64,000 nucleotides of DNA from the human T2T-CHM13v2.0 reference genome, Homo sapiens. Made by a program: the position numbers and the translations under genes. Shown here piece by piece: positions 1 to 13,440 of the stretch. The notes below the pieces were generated by a model that had not been told where the DNA came from, made no database searches, and was given only the letters and a program-made list of their open reading frames with translations. The DNA is taken from the NCBI RefSeq assembly GCF_009914755.1, contig NC_060934.1; one strand, written 5' to 3'. Numbering within the stretch: the first letter of the stretch is position 1; every line of letters begins with the position of its first letter.

Positions 1-115
1 CCTGCTGGCTCCTCAATCTTGAACCTCTCAGCCTCCAGAACTGTGAGAAAATAAGTCTCTGTTCTTTGTAAATTACCCAGCCTTGGGTATTTTGTTATAG
101 CCGCACAAACAAAGA
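1..115 (+). mobile_element. MaLR LTR 3' end (MLT1/MST-like)
   Basis: cagcctccagaactgtgagaaaataa...aattacccag...tattttgttatagc signature. Confidence 0.75.
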
Positions 116-119
116 GAGA

Positions 120-790
120 TGGCTATACTCAAAAAGATAATGACAAGTGCTGGTGATTATGTAGAGAAACTGGAAGCACATACACTGCTGATGGGACTGT
201 CAAATGGTATAGCCACTTTGGAAAACAGTCTGGCAGGTCCTCAAATAGTTACGTATAGAGTTTATCATATGATCCAGCAATTCCACTCCTGGGTATATAC
301 CCGAGAGAAATGAAAACATGTCCATGCAAAAATCTGTACACAAGAGTTCATAGAAGCATTAGTCATAATAACCAAAAAGTGGAAATAATACGAATGTCCA
401 TCAACTGACGAATGGATAAATAAAATGTAGCACATCCACACAATGAAATAATATTTGGCAATAGGAAGACATGAAGTATTGATACATGCTACAACATGGA
501 TGAACCTTGAAAGCATGATCCTAAGTGAAAGAAGCCAGACACAAAGACCACGTATTGTGTGGTTCTATTTATATGAAATATCCAGAATTGGTAAATCAAG
601 AGACAGAAAATAGAGTAATGGTTGCCTAGAGGTGAAGGGGATGAGGGGGTGACAGCTAAGGATGTACCAGATTTTTAAGGAGGTAATGAAAACACTCCAA
701 AATTGACTGTATGATGAATAGAAAACTCTGAATATACTAAAATCCATTTAACTGTACACTTTAAATGGGTGAATTGTACAGTGTGTGAAG
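120..790 (+). mobile_element. L1 (L1MB-like) ORF2 end / 3'UTR fragment
   Basis: Motifs gatccagcaattccactcctgggtatatac, aatgtccatcaactga and acatggatgaaccttgaa. Confidence 0.85.
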
Positions 791-1205
791 TCCTGGGTTG
801 TGAATACATTTCAAATGACTAGGAATGACAACCCCTGCCTCTCTGAGCCACAGCTAGGCAAGTCAATCTCACAAATGCACCCAGCTGTTTATCCTATGAA
901 CACATCTGAAGAACACACTCAAATGCTAGACACTATAGCTAGAGAAAACTATGCTCAGATGAAAGACAGCATCTCCTCTCCTCAGGGGGTCACAGCCTGG
1001 TGCCTCTATGGACATCTGTGCTGTTCAATACAGTAGCCCCCAGCCACATGTACCCACTCAGCCCTTGAAAAGTGGTGAGTGGGAATTGTAATATGATCTA
1101 AGTAAAACTCAGACACCAGATTACAAAAACTTAGGTCACCAAAAAAGGTAAAATTGCTTGTTCATAATTTTTTATATTAAATTACATGCTAAAATGATAT
1201 TTTGG

Positions 1206-1890
<685 letters not shown>

Positions 1891-2505
1891 TGAACGTGGT
1901 ACTGGAAAATGTCCAATTACAGATGTGGCTCATATTATGTTTCTATTGGACAGTGCTGGTCTAGTACTGATCTTTAAAGTACTTTCAGATCTAGTACTGA
2001 TCTTTAAAAATAAATAAATGAAATGTTCTTGATCCCCAAGGTTTTGGAGGGGTACTTTATTCAGACTTCTCAATGGTAATTAACTTTGAAGTCCACTCAG
2101 CAGTTATAAAATGCCCTCTGCTCTGTGATTACGGAGGCACAAACAGTCCCTTGTTTGCTGCCCTCTGCCAACTGGATCCTTGAACTAGGGTAGAAGATGG
2201 TCGGCATGGCCTTTTAAATACTGGCATGTCCCAAGTCCTTACAAAGCACAAATGTTTCCCAAATAAGCCAGGCTCAGAAAACGATGACTGCACCCTCGAA
2301 GAGTCACGATCAAAGGGCTGCCTTTTGAAAATGATGAAAGATGAGGCTGAGATGATAGACCACTATTCACAGAAAGGGAAGTTCTGCTAAAAGGGATTTC
2401 ATCGACAAGCGGCTTTGCATGTCATCCGTGAGGGCATCCCCCTTTAGCTCCGCATTTGTGAGCTCTGTATGGTTCAGAGGGGCTTTTGCTTCTGCTTCTC
2501 TAGAT

Positions 2506-3019
2506 CAGCAGTCCCCAACCTTTTTGGCACCAGGGACTGGTTTCATGGAAGACAATTTTTCCACAGGCAGGGGGTGTATGTGAGTGGGGGGATGGTTCTG
2601 GGTGATAAAGTGCATTACATTTATTGTGCACTTTATTTCTATTAGTACTACATTGTAATATATAATGAAATAATTATACAACTCACCATAATGTATTATA
2701 GAACCAGTGGCAGCCCTGACCTTGTTTTCCTGCAACTAGAGGGTCCTACCTGGGAGGGATGGGAGACAGTGACAGATCATCAGGTATTAGATTCTCATAA
2801 GGAGCACGCAACATAGATCCCTCTCATGTGCAGTTCACAAAAGGGTTCGCGCTCCTATGAGAATCTAATGCTGCCTCTAATCTGACAGGTGGCGCAGGTC
2901 AGGCGGTAATGTGGGCAATGGGGAGCGGCTGTAAATACAGATGAAGCTTCACTCACTTGCCTGCTACTCACCTCCTGCTCTGCAGCCCAGTTCCTACTGT
3001 CCAGGGTTGGGAACTCCTG
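2506..3019. mobile_element. MER1A-like hAT-Charlie element, full length
   Basis: TIRs cagcagtccccaacc / ggttgggaactcctg; 8-bp TSD ctcta(g/a)at. Confidence 0.85.
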
Positions 3020-4356
3020 CTCTAAATTACTCTTTGAGCCACATGTCCAGGGCAAGGCAAACAGGGCCTATAGGACAGCAGCAAGCTCTAAACCTCTGGC
3101 CCAGCTGGAACTTTATAAAGAATCCACAGGTATGTCTGTACCCAAAGAGAGGAAACAGAAATGGACCTTAGATGTGGCAGGCTCTAGGGATCAAACTGTT
3201 ATCATTAAGTAGCTGGGCCAAGAACCCCTACCAAACTGTCAGGTTGCTTCTGTAGCCAGCCAATGCGCAGGGAACTATGTTTACTGCCTTTTTCAAACTT
3301 ATTCTTTGGAGCTAAGAAAGAAGTGGAGATGAAGTAATGTGGCCAGCGTCATGGTGCTGGCAAGTGGCACAGCCATGATTCAAACTTGGATTTGCCTGAT
3401 CCCAAAGCTAATGCCTTTAATAAGCACAGAGCTATATTGTCATTATTTCCTTCTACAAACATTATTCCCTGCTGGGTGCTGTGGGAATAGAAGATTAGAG
3501 TGATTTATATCAACTAGCATCCTGCCTTCTCAAATGAGACACTCTTAAATTCCTGTATCTACTTTTGTTCAGCATCTCCAGTAAACTGAAGTAGAAGGCA
3601 GTGTCATTGGCTCATCTCTGTTCTGTGTATTATGGAAACACAGACAAGATATCTAAGAGTTCTTAATCTCTTCTGGACACACAGTGGGTGCAGGTGGGAA
3701 ACAGAGCTTAATTCCATCTCCTGTCATGTCAGATCCATTTTCTCCACATGCTCATAAATGAGAGTGTACCAAGTATCATGCTTGTTGTGGCACTTAGAAT
3801 GGGCCATGCAACCTGCTCAGTACTGGGCATATCCAAAGATGATATACCACAATCTCTGCCCTCTGGAATGTTCCTCAGTTAGAGGCTATCAAGTTATTTT
3901 AAAGTGCCTATGTTTTGGACAAAGTGTGCTGTAAAGAACAAAGCTCATTTCTGGAGCCAGTTTGTGGCTTGAGGCATCTTCAACTTATAGCAGTTGTTAC
4001 AAAATGTACCTGACTTCGCGTTTCAAAAGAACTGGCTGGAACATGGCTATTTCTAGATGGACTTGTTCAGGGCTTGGGTAATCAAAGCCCTCATTTTCCA
4101 CTCTCCTCCCACCACCCCATTATCTCCCGGGCCTGGTAGTCAGTAAGCAATTGGCTGGCTTTGCATGCCAGCATGGTGTGATTTGGAAAGTTAAGGGAAT
4201 TATGATGAAAATGTCACTGCAAACCAAAAGTCTGGAGGCTTCTGATAAGGAAGTTTAAAGGTGTCTTCATCATCTTCCAGCTGGAGATGCCTAAGAAGAC
4301 AGCCAGGATTGCTCCAAAAGATGGCCAGGAAGTCTAACCCACTCTCTATTTCTGGC

Positions 4357-5172
4357 TATGGTGGGCAGACCAATGCCCCCTGCCCAAGATGCCCATGTTC
4401 TAATCCCTGGAATCTGTGAAGAGGTTACTTTACATGGCAAATGAGACTTTGCAGATACGATTAAATTAAGGATCTGGAGATGAGGATGTTTTCCTGTATT
4501 ACTTAGGTGGGCCCAGCCTAATCAAATGAATCCCTAAAGTTGGATAATCTTCCCCCAGAGAGTTACAATGGTGAAAAAAGGGTCAGAGAGATGCTGTGTT
4601 GCTGACTTTGAAGATGGGGAGGGAAGCCACAAGTCAAGAAAGGCAGGTGGGGCCGGGCACGGTGGCTCACGCCTGTAATCCTAGCACTTTGGGAGGCCAA
4701 GGCGGGCAGATCACGAGGTCAGGAGTTCAAGACCAGCCTGGCCAAGATGGTGAAACCCCATCTCTACTAAAAATACAAAAAATTAGCCAGGAGTGGTGGT
4801 GGGCATCTGTAATCCCAGCTACTCAAGAGGCTGAGGCAGAGAATTGCTTGAACCCGGGAGATGCAGGTTGCAGTGAGCCAAGATCGCGCCACTGCACTCC
4901 AGACTTGATGACAGACCAATACTCCATCTCAAAAAAAAAAAAAAAAAAAAAAAAAAAGAAAGGCAGGTGGCCTCTAGAAAACGGAAAAGGCAAGGAGACA
5001 GATTCTCCACCAGGGCCTCCAGAAGGAACACAGTCCTGCCGACTCCTCGAGTTTAGTCTAGTGAGACCCATGTTGGACCTCTGGCCTACAGAACTATACA
5101 CTAATAAATTTGTATTGGTTAAGCCACTACATTTAGGGTAATTTGTTGCAGAAGCAGTAGGAAATTAATACA
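4357..5172 (+). mobile_element. MLT1D-like MaLR solo LTR interrupted by an Alu
   Basis: MLT1 motifs (ctttgcagat..gattaa, gattctcc..gcctccagaaggaa, ...ggaaattaataca); TSD ctgg(c/t). Confidence 0.8.
4651..4955 (+). mobile_element. Alu (AluS) with 15-bp TSD aagaaaggcaggtgg
   Basis: Full dimer, poly(A) and TSD. Confidence 0.97.
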
Positions 5173-6229
5173 CTGGTTATACACAACCAAACAGTGGGGT
5201 GGTGAGGCAATGAGGGCAAGTGACAAGGAAAGCGATTACACAGAAAAACAGCCAGCTTAACTAACTAGTCAATTTTATCCAAACGAAAACTCAAGTATTT
5301 CTGTAGAATGACCCAGTCTAAGATGAGACTGCAAGTACAAATTGCATCAAAGCACTGGGCCACTGAAATTCTGTTTGTTCTTGTAGGCCCTACAGAATCC
5401 TCAGTCCTCCTTCATCTGGGGCTCAACCAATACCAACAATAGCATCAGCAAGAACTCTTCTCAGGTGGAAGGAGATAAGGGAAATGAAGGGTGATGTTCC
5501 CAGAATCTTATTCCTAAGAGTGCAACCCTTCCCACCCCTCCTTAGGAGCTGCATGATGTTCTATGAAGAACAGGTATTTGGAGCACATGAAGGTGAGGAG
5601 GTGGCTCCCCTGCTAGGTTAAAACAGACCTATGATGCTTCCATGTGGACAGTCAGCTGTAGGGCTGCCCTTCCCCTAATACATCGACATTTTAAGGAAAT
5701 ATGTTACACTGTTGGGACTCAGTCAATGATGGAAGGCTGGGTGGTGGGAGGGATGGCTGGGCCTCCTTCTCCTTCCTTTTACTGACAGATGAGAAAATAG
5801 TTTATTTTAACCAGCTCTCACTTGGTACAGGCAGTCGTGTTGGAAAGGAGACTGCCCTGCGGTGTCATGTATTCCTACCAGGCACCCCTTGGGGAGCTTC
5901 CTTCTCCATGGGTTTCCCTGGGTTGTTACCTGAGCAAATCCCTGCTGTGTCTTTGATTCAAGCTTCCCAAAGAGCTTCTTGTTACCCTTTTCTATTTTAC
6001 CATAGCATCCATCCAAGAGCGTAATCACCCACCCATTTGACCACTTTCTGAAGGTCTCAGCAGTGTTTAATCTCATCAACCCAAAGGGCATCATCAAAAA
6101 GGAAACAGGGTATCTGAGGACTTGGAAATCTGTCCAAAGTATGGTTCCTAACCAAAAGGATACCTGATACATCGTGATGGTCTTAGTGGCTCCTCTATTC
6201 CAAGCACCTCCCGTGCATTTTTCTGATGT

Positions 6230-6390
6230 AATTCTTATGCTATCCCTGAAAGATGAGTACTGTTATCTCATTTTAGAGCTGAGGAAACTGACGCTGACAA
6301 CTTGTTCAAGATCACAGTGATAGCAAATGAAGGAGCTGGATTCCAAATTAGTCTCTCTCATGCCAAAGGCCAAGCTCTTCTCACTATGTT
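6230..6390 (-). mobile_element. MIR fragment
   Basis: catttta..tgaggaaactga...ttgttcaagatcacag core. Confidence 0.7.
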
Positions 6391-6664
6391 GAGTGGCTTT
6401 CCAAGATGGAAATTATCTGCTCCTCGTAAGTTCCTGGAAACGTGCTACAGGGAAGACACACACATATATAGATATAAAGGCTGTTACAAGTCTATTCTCA
6501 GTAGAAATCTAGCTTTTCCAGCTAGTGTAGGGAAGAGTTCTCAATGATATAAACAAGACTGGTTTCAACTCTGAAAGTATTTATTGAGCAACTGTTAGAC
6601 AGAGGCCATACGTACAAACAGGCCAGTGCCCCCTTCTATTAAAGAAACTAGGCACATGTGGACA

Positions 6665-6665
<1 letters not shown>

Positions 6666-6698
<33 letters not shown>
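6666..6698. repeat. (CA)n microsatellite within an L2 fragment
   Basis: Directly visible. Confidence 0.95.
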
Positions 6699-6702
<4 letters not shown>

Positions 6703-8998
6703 ATTTAACACAAGAAAAACAATAAGTGCTTTATCAAAGCTATCAGTGAGTAAACTGTTATGGAAATAAGTAGCAACCATGGCAATTATTTCAATAAGTT
6801 CCAGAGAGGAGGAACACTCAAAGTAGAAGCAGAAGGAAAATATGGGGCTGTGGAAAGACAGAACATCTCTGGATGGGTGGAGCATCCCAGTGTTCTTAGG
6901 AGAGAAGAGAATGAGGAGGAATCTGGAAAGGTGGGTAGGACAGGGCTAGCTTACTGATGGGGAAAAGGGCTTTGAATATCATGTTAAGGAAAGTTGAGAC
7001 TTTATTTTCTATTTAAAAAACATTACTACATCTTTTGAATTCGTGTCATGAGGGGTCGTGAACACTTCTTAGCAGAGAAGTGAAATGTTCACAGCTGGAC
7101 TTTAAGCCGATGCCTGAAAAAGATGCAGGGATTGGCAGGGGCAGATGGGTCCATGAGAAGACGACCAACCAGGCACAAGACCTGTCCTAATGACTTTGTC
7201 CCAGGAGTCAGCCAGGTCTGACAGACGACCTAGGTTTCTAGGCTGGCTCTGTGTCATGAATTCAGTTATATGAATTTCCTGAGCCTCAGTTTCTTCATGT
7301 CTTACATGATAAGGTTAAACTAAATAGTGGCTCAAATCATGTCTTCCTCCAAAATGTTATAATTAAAAGTCATAAATTTATACACAAGACAGAAAAATGA
7401 CCTCATATAAGGCATGGGGATAAGTATTCCTAAAATTACTTGAATCTCATTTTGAATTCAAATTATATAATCGATACAAAGCATTTTTTAAAGTGTACCT
7501 ATGTTAGGTAAATCCAAGGTAAAGCTTTTTTTCTGAATTCTACATTAGATTTAGATTAAACAATGCTTTCCATTCTTAAAAAGCATTCTCCTTTTCCTTT
7601 TCCCAAATTCTAGACCTTTGTCTTTTGTTTTAACTAAAAACAGCTGCCAGCCTTTTCCGGATTCACCTGCTTAGTGAAGAAAAATAATCTGTTGTAATAC
7701 ACCATAAATTTAAATTCTAACTACAATATAAAAGCTAATGCTCTGTGACAGGCATTACTTCACATTTGCACAACACCTAAATCGACCCGGGCACACAAGC
7801 TTATTTAAAACGAATTCAACCAAGTTGTGAATCAACTGCACTTCCTTCGGCAAGTAGGACTATTGCAGAAGAATCTCCTTAAAATATAGCCCTGTCTAGA
7901 GTTGAACAAGTAGATGTTATTCCTGGGATCAAATTAAGAGCGCAGTATGGAGAGGGCAAAGAGGAGAGAAAGAAAGGAGAAGCAAACTGATCATCTTCTT
8001 CTTCCTCAATGGCTTACATTCTCTTCTCTCCAACAAAAAATCTGATAATTCAGACTGGTGAGAGTTTCAGGTAAGAGTGCCGCCCTTTTATGTCAAACCA
8101 TCCATACTTGGATAGTTGGACTCTGCAACCTACTAAAACAAACATGTTAAAAATTAAACATATTCCATACTATTCAGAATTAATGTGAGCAAAAACACCA
8201 GTGATTTCATCCTCCCAAGGAATATGCCTTACAGGGTGTAATCTGGCATCCCTCCAGAATCTTGTCTCAGAAATAGCAGTTGGGTGATCTTAAAAGATGA
8301 GTATTTTAGTGCCTCGACTTCCCTTTAAATATACACCATTTGAATGAATCCATTTATTGTAAATATCGAGGCATTGTGTTTACATTTTTATACCTAAAAA
8401 AAGTTCTCGGCCATTTTTCTTTGAACCTTTTAAGATACTTGAATGTTTCCTCATACAAAAAAAAAAAAAATACTAATCCTGGTGTTTAATGATGATAAAG
8501 GGCTTGTCTAATTTTGTAACAAATCACCAGAACAAAAAGCTATTATGGAGTAATTAAACACCACATTCGGCATAGATAGAGAGAAAAGGAGAATTGCAAA
8601 TTACTTTTTACAGCTTGTTCTGAAGTTTTCTGAAGTAGAACATATTTTAATCATTAAACTCCTCAGAGGTGTTAAAAAGCAATCAGAATTGTTATGTGAT
8701 AACCTCCAATTCCAGGGCTCCAAAACCTCAGATCTTGCCAGGGTCTCCAGCTAAGCACTGTTGCCAGGCTGAGGCCCCGTCTTTGATAAGCCCATTCAGA
8801 GATAACTGCAGGGAAGCCCACTTCTCATGTGTTTTTCTGCTTTGGGAACACTTAATGGGGGGCACAGAGATCTCTGACCTTTAATTAAATATAGATTGCT
8901 AGTTCAGGCCAAAGAACAAGTTATTTTAAGTGCAGGCCTAAATCAGGATTCTAAAAAGCCACCTTTACTTCTTTCTTGTTATTTAAAAGGTATGTTTG

Positions 8999-9295
8999 GG
9001 CCAGGAGCAGTGGCTCACATCTGTAATTCCAGCACTGTAGGAGGCCGAGGCAGGCAGATCACTTGCGGTCAGGAGTTCGAGACCAGCCTGGTCAACATGG
9101 CAAAACCCTGTCTCTACTTAAAATACAAAAAATTAGCTGGGAATGGTGGCGCACACCTGTAATCCCAGCTACTCAGGAGGCTGAGGCAGGAGCATCCCTT
9201 GAACCTGGGAGGCAGATGTTGCAGTGAGCCAAGATTGCACCATGGCACACCAGCCTGGGCGACAGAGTGAGACTCCATCTCAAAAAAAAAAAAAA
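8999..9295 (+). mobile_element. Alu (AluS-like)
   Basis: Full dimer with A tail. Confidence 0.96.
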
Positions 9296-10709
9296 TTTTT
9301 TAATTGAGTTAATCAGCTTTCGGAGTACACTTGGAAATGTGTAAGCATATTAAAATATAAGGATTCCCTGCCTTAGGGAGTTCTCAGGATTAATTCCCAG
9401 CATCTCAGAGCAATCAAGTTTATGATTTCCTGCACAGACACCCTAGGCAGATACTATTGCAGCCTGGCCTGGTCCAGCCTGGATGCAAGGCCCCTTGTTT
9501 TGAGCACCCACAGCCCATGGCCCCCTCCCCAACACTCTCCTTGTGGCCTGGTAGACTAGAAGCTCCCTGGAGGCAGAGCCTGCCTACTTCCCTCAGTCAG
9601 CTGTCCCAGCTCCCCGCAGTGCTGTGACTCATCAGGTGCTCCCCATCTATCAGGATCTTCCTCTTTCAAGGTCATCTGTTCTGCTCAACTGGCTTATTCT
9701 TTCCAAACTGGGCGATGTAAATACTTTGCCTGATTCCTTTTAACAAACACACTTGATGTTTCCCCCCAATACAAATTATGTCTAAAGGCCCATCTTACAT
9801 AAAAGGGAAAAAAACAAATGATTTTCCTCAGACTCCACTGAATATGGCTTTGGGAAAGACTCTGTCATTTACTATAATTGATGCTTCTTGCCAGGGATAT
9901 CGGGAACAGGCAGCTGCAAATCAATTCACTTTTGGATATGGTTCCTTTTTTCTCTTTCCTCAGCCCCTGGGTTGAATGAGCATTTCAAATTCTCTCTACT
10001 CTTTGGGAGACGGCTGAACTGTACTTATGTTTACAACCCTGATAAATGCAGGTTTTTTGTGCTAAATCAGAACAGAGCTCAGCTACTCAACTGTCTTTGT
10101 TGTTGTTGTTACCTTTTTAAGGAAAATAGCTAGAAGAGTTTGCCTTTTTTCCCCCTTCAGTGAAACTTTTAAAGTCCCTGGAAAAACTAGATATGGAAAC
10201 CTATTCAATTCTCATCTGGCTTGAGTCAAACCTACTCTTAACTGGACAGCATCTTGGGGATCTAGTGAAATGAAGGGACAAGTGTAAAGAAGAAACCAGC
10301 TCCAACTGGTGAGGGGAAACAGGGCCTAGAATCCTAAAATGCAGCCAGTGTTTTTCACCTGAAACAGGTGTTTTTGAATCCATAGAATATAGCTTCAACT
10401 TAGGATACACAGCAAAAGAGACCTCACTCAAAGAAGGTCCATTCATTTGGATCCAATTTAGCCAACTCATCACAGACGTGGGACTGTAAACCTAGTCACG
10501 GCCCTCTGGTGGATCACTCCGTGGCCTTGGGCAGCACATTTGGCCTCTTAATGTTTCTCTAGTATATGCGAACATTCTATAATGTAAATTACATTACATA
10601 TATACAAAAAATGTACCACTCAGGGCTACTGGACAGAGCTCTGGGGTGGAACATAGACCTGTGCCACTAATCTGGAGTAGAACTGGGACACTCTCAATAT
10701 GTGAGCACC

Positions 10710-11085
10710 TGATATGGTTTGGCTGTGTCCCTACCCAAATCTCATCTTGAATTGTAGTTCCCATAATCCCCACATTTCATGGGAGGGACCCGATGGGAGG
10801 TAATTTAATCATGGGTGGGGGGGTTCCCTCATGCTATTCTCATGATAGTGAGTGAGTTCTCATAAGATCTGATGGTTTTATAAGAGGCTTTTTCCCCTTT
10901 TGTTCAGCACTTGTCCTTGCTGTTGCCATGTGAAGAAGAACGTATTTGCTTCCCCTTCTGTCATGATTGTAAGTTTCCTGAGGCCTCCCCAGCCATGCCG
11001 AACTGTGAGTCAATTAAATCTTTCCTTTATAAATTACCCAGTCGCAGGTATGTTTTTATTAGCACTGTGAGAATGGACTAATGTG
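10710..11085 (+). mobile_element. THE1-family solo LTR with 5-bp TSD gcacc
   Basis: Starts tgatatggtttggctgtgtccc...caaatctcatcttgaattgta; TSD at 10705-10709 and 11086-11090. Confidence 0.92.
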
Positions 11086-11588
11086 GCACCAGATCAACTG
11101 AGTCAGGAATATCTGTGCCTCTCTCAGCGAGCAACAAAACCCAAGGATATCCCTGAAGCTAGTTTGCCAAGGCCAGACAGAGGGAAGACACATGTGGCTG
11201 AAATGGCCACTGTGGCTTGCCCAAAACTTATGGTTAGCTAGAGTATTTTTAGGCTGTTGAAGTTTGGTTTTCTGACCTATGAGTTTCCTTTCACAGGAAA
11301 CGAATCTTGAGGTGCCTATTCCCTCTTTGCCTAACAATGAATAAAACGGTATTGACAATATCTGATTGGATATCCAAATCCCTTGCTAAAGTCCTGCACC
11401 AAAACTGCTGCCCCTCTAAGCACCAAGAAATCACCCATCATCACCACCCACCACCATCACCCACCCCCAACCCCTGGAAGATTCTGCCTGTGACTGCCCC
11501 ACATTGGGTTGAGACTGTGGGGGGTGGTCCACCATAATTCAGCTCCAGCAAATGCCCCTCCCTAAAGCTGACAAATCCCCATCCCTCC

Positions 11589-11964
11589 TGTCACAGACTG
11601 GAGGTCTGTGTTCCCCCTTTTAAGTCATATGTTGAAGCCCTAACCCCAATGTGATGGTATTTGGAAGTGGAGCCTTTCGGCAGTAATTAGAGTTAGATGG
11701 GGTCATAAGGGTGTGGCCGTCAAGATTGGATAAGAGAGAGCTTGACTTATCTCTCATTTTCTGAGTCCACATGAAGAAGAGGTCATGTGAGCACACAGCA
11801 AGATGGTGGCCGCCATCTTGTAGGAAAGACCTCAGAATGAAATTCGCCTTGCTGGCACACTGATCTTGGACTTCCAGCCTCCAAAACTATGAGAAATAAT
11901 TTTCCATTGTTTTAGCCACCCAGTTTATGGTACTTTGTTATGGCAGCCTGCACAGACTAAGACA
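11589..11964 (+). mobile_element. MLT1A-like MaLR solo LTR
   Basis: tcatatgttgaagccctaaccccaatgtgatggtatttgg ... gactaagaca. Confidence 0.85.
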
Positions 11965-13299
11965 CAGCCTATCTCTGTGAGCCTTGTCACTACCCTCAGC
12001 ACAATGACAGAAGAATTCAAGGAGGAGAACAACAAAGGTGCCACCTCTGTTCTGACTAAAATTCACCCTTGCTTTGGCGATTGCTACAAGCACATAACCA
12101 ACTGGCCCTGAACATGGACAACCCCTAGTGCCCTCTGAGGATAACAACCCCAGCCCATGGTGCCCAAGGGGGACCTGCACTCCCTTCCATGCCTCGCCAG
12201 CTTTGCTCTGCCCAAATCACTTCCTATAGGCCCTGAAGACACTGCCTCTGCCAGGAACCACAGAACTGGAAACAACAACCCCCTTTCAGCAGAGAAAGGT
12301 GCCTGAGGTGGAAAATTTCCCCTCTATGCTCAAAAAGGTTACCAGGACTTTCTCATATGCAAAAGCAGAAAAGTTCTATATTTATAAAAATCACCCAGAA
12401 AGAACAAAACACTGTGAATAAGAACTAAATTAATATGGTCCCTGCCTCCCAGGAAGCAGGCGATCTGAGAAAAAACAGACCCAGAAAAAAGAGAAAAAGA
12501 TTAGAAGCAGGCAACTGATGAAAAATATTGAATAAACCCCTAATGTATATACAAATTAAACATATACCATGTGTCTCTCATATGAGGGAAGAGGTAACTG
12601 TTAGGATTAAAGAACATATTTATCTAACCAAGAATGGAGTTGAAGAAGGAGAATGGAAATTCACCACCTCACAGAAAGATTTCCTGTCTTCCCCCCAAAA
12701 GCTGGGGTACAACCTCATCTGGGCTCCCCCAGCATTTTGTCTCTTCCTCTGCAACCGCCTTGGTGAGATCCTGTGATTATCTGTCTTCTCCACTAAACAG
12801 GAAAAGGTTACTTCTTATATGCAACTTTGTTTCAATACTACCAGGACAACAATAATAGCAAAAATGTAACCCGCATGCTTATTTTTGAGCCAGGCCTTCA
12901 AATAAGAACTTAAAGTGCATTATCTCATTGAATAGTCACAACAAACTTGCAAAACTGTGCTATCATTATTTTATAAGAAGTAATATATGTATATGCACTA
13001 CATGTAATATATGTACTATACATATGCCAGGTTCCCACACTGCCTTCACATACAATTACTATTATTATTAGTGTCTTATGAATCCATCCATAGTTTCTTT
13101 GTGTATACATAAGCGTCTTTTTTATTTACAAAAGGTAGCAAGCTATACAAACTGCTCTGCACTTTGAAATGTTCACTTATCTTGAAGGTCTTTACATAGA
13201 CAGCTATCTCATACCTTTATACAGCTGTGTAGCATTCAGCTCTCTGGTTGAACCATAAAACATTTAACCACACCTCTTGATGATGAACACATGAGTTCT

Positions 13300-13440
13300 T
13301 CTGTTACTGTAATTTACAGATGAGAAAAATGAGGCTCAGAGAGGTTAAGTGTCTTGTGCAAAGTCACACAGCTGCTATGTGGCAGAGGAAGGATTGAGGC
13401 TGAAGTGGGTTAGATTCCAGCCAAAGCTCTTAAGCAATTT
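13300..13440 (-). mobile_element. MIR
   Basis: tttacagatgagaaaaatgaggctcagagaggttaagt core. Confidence 0.8.
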
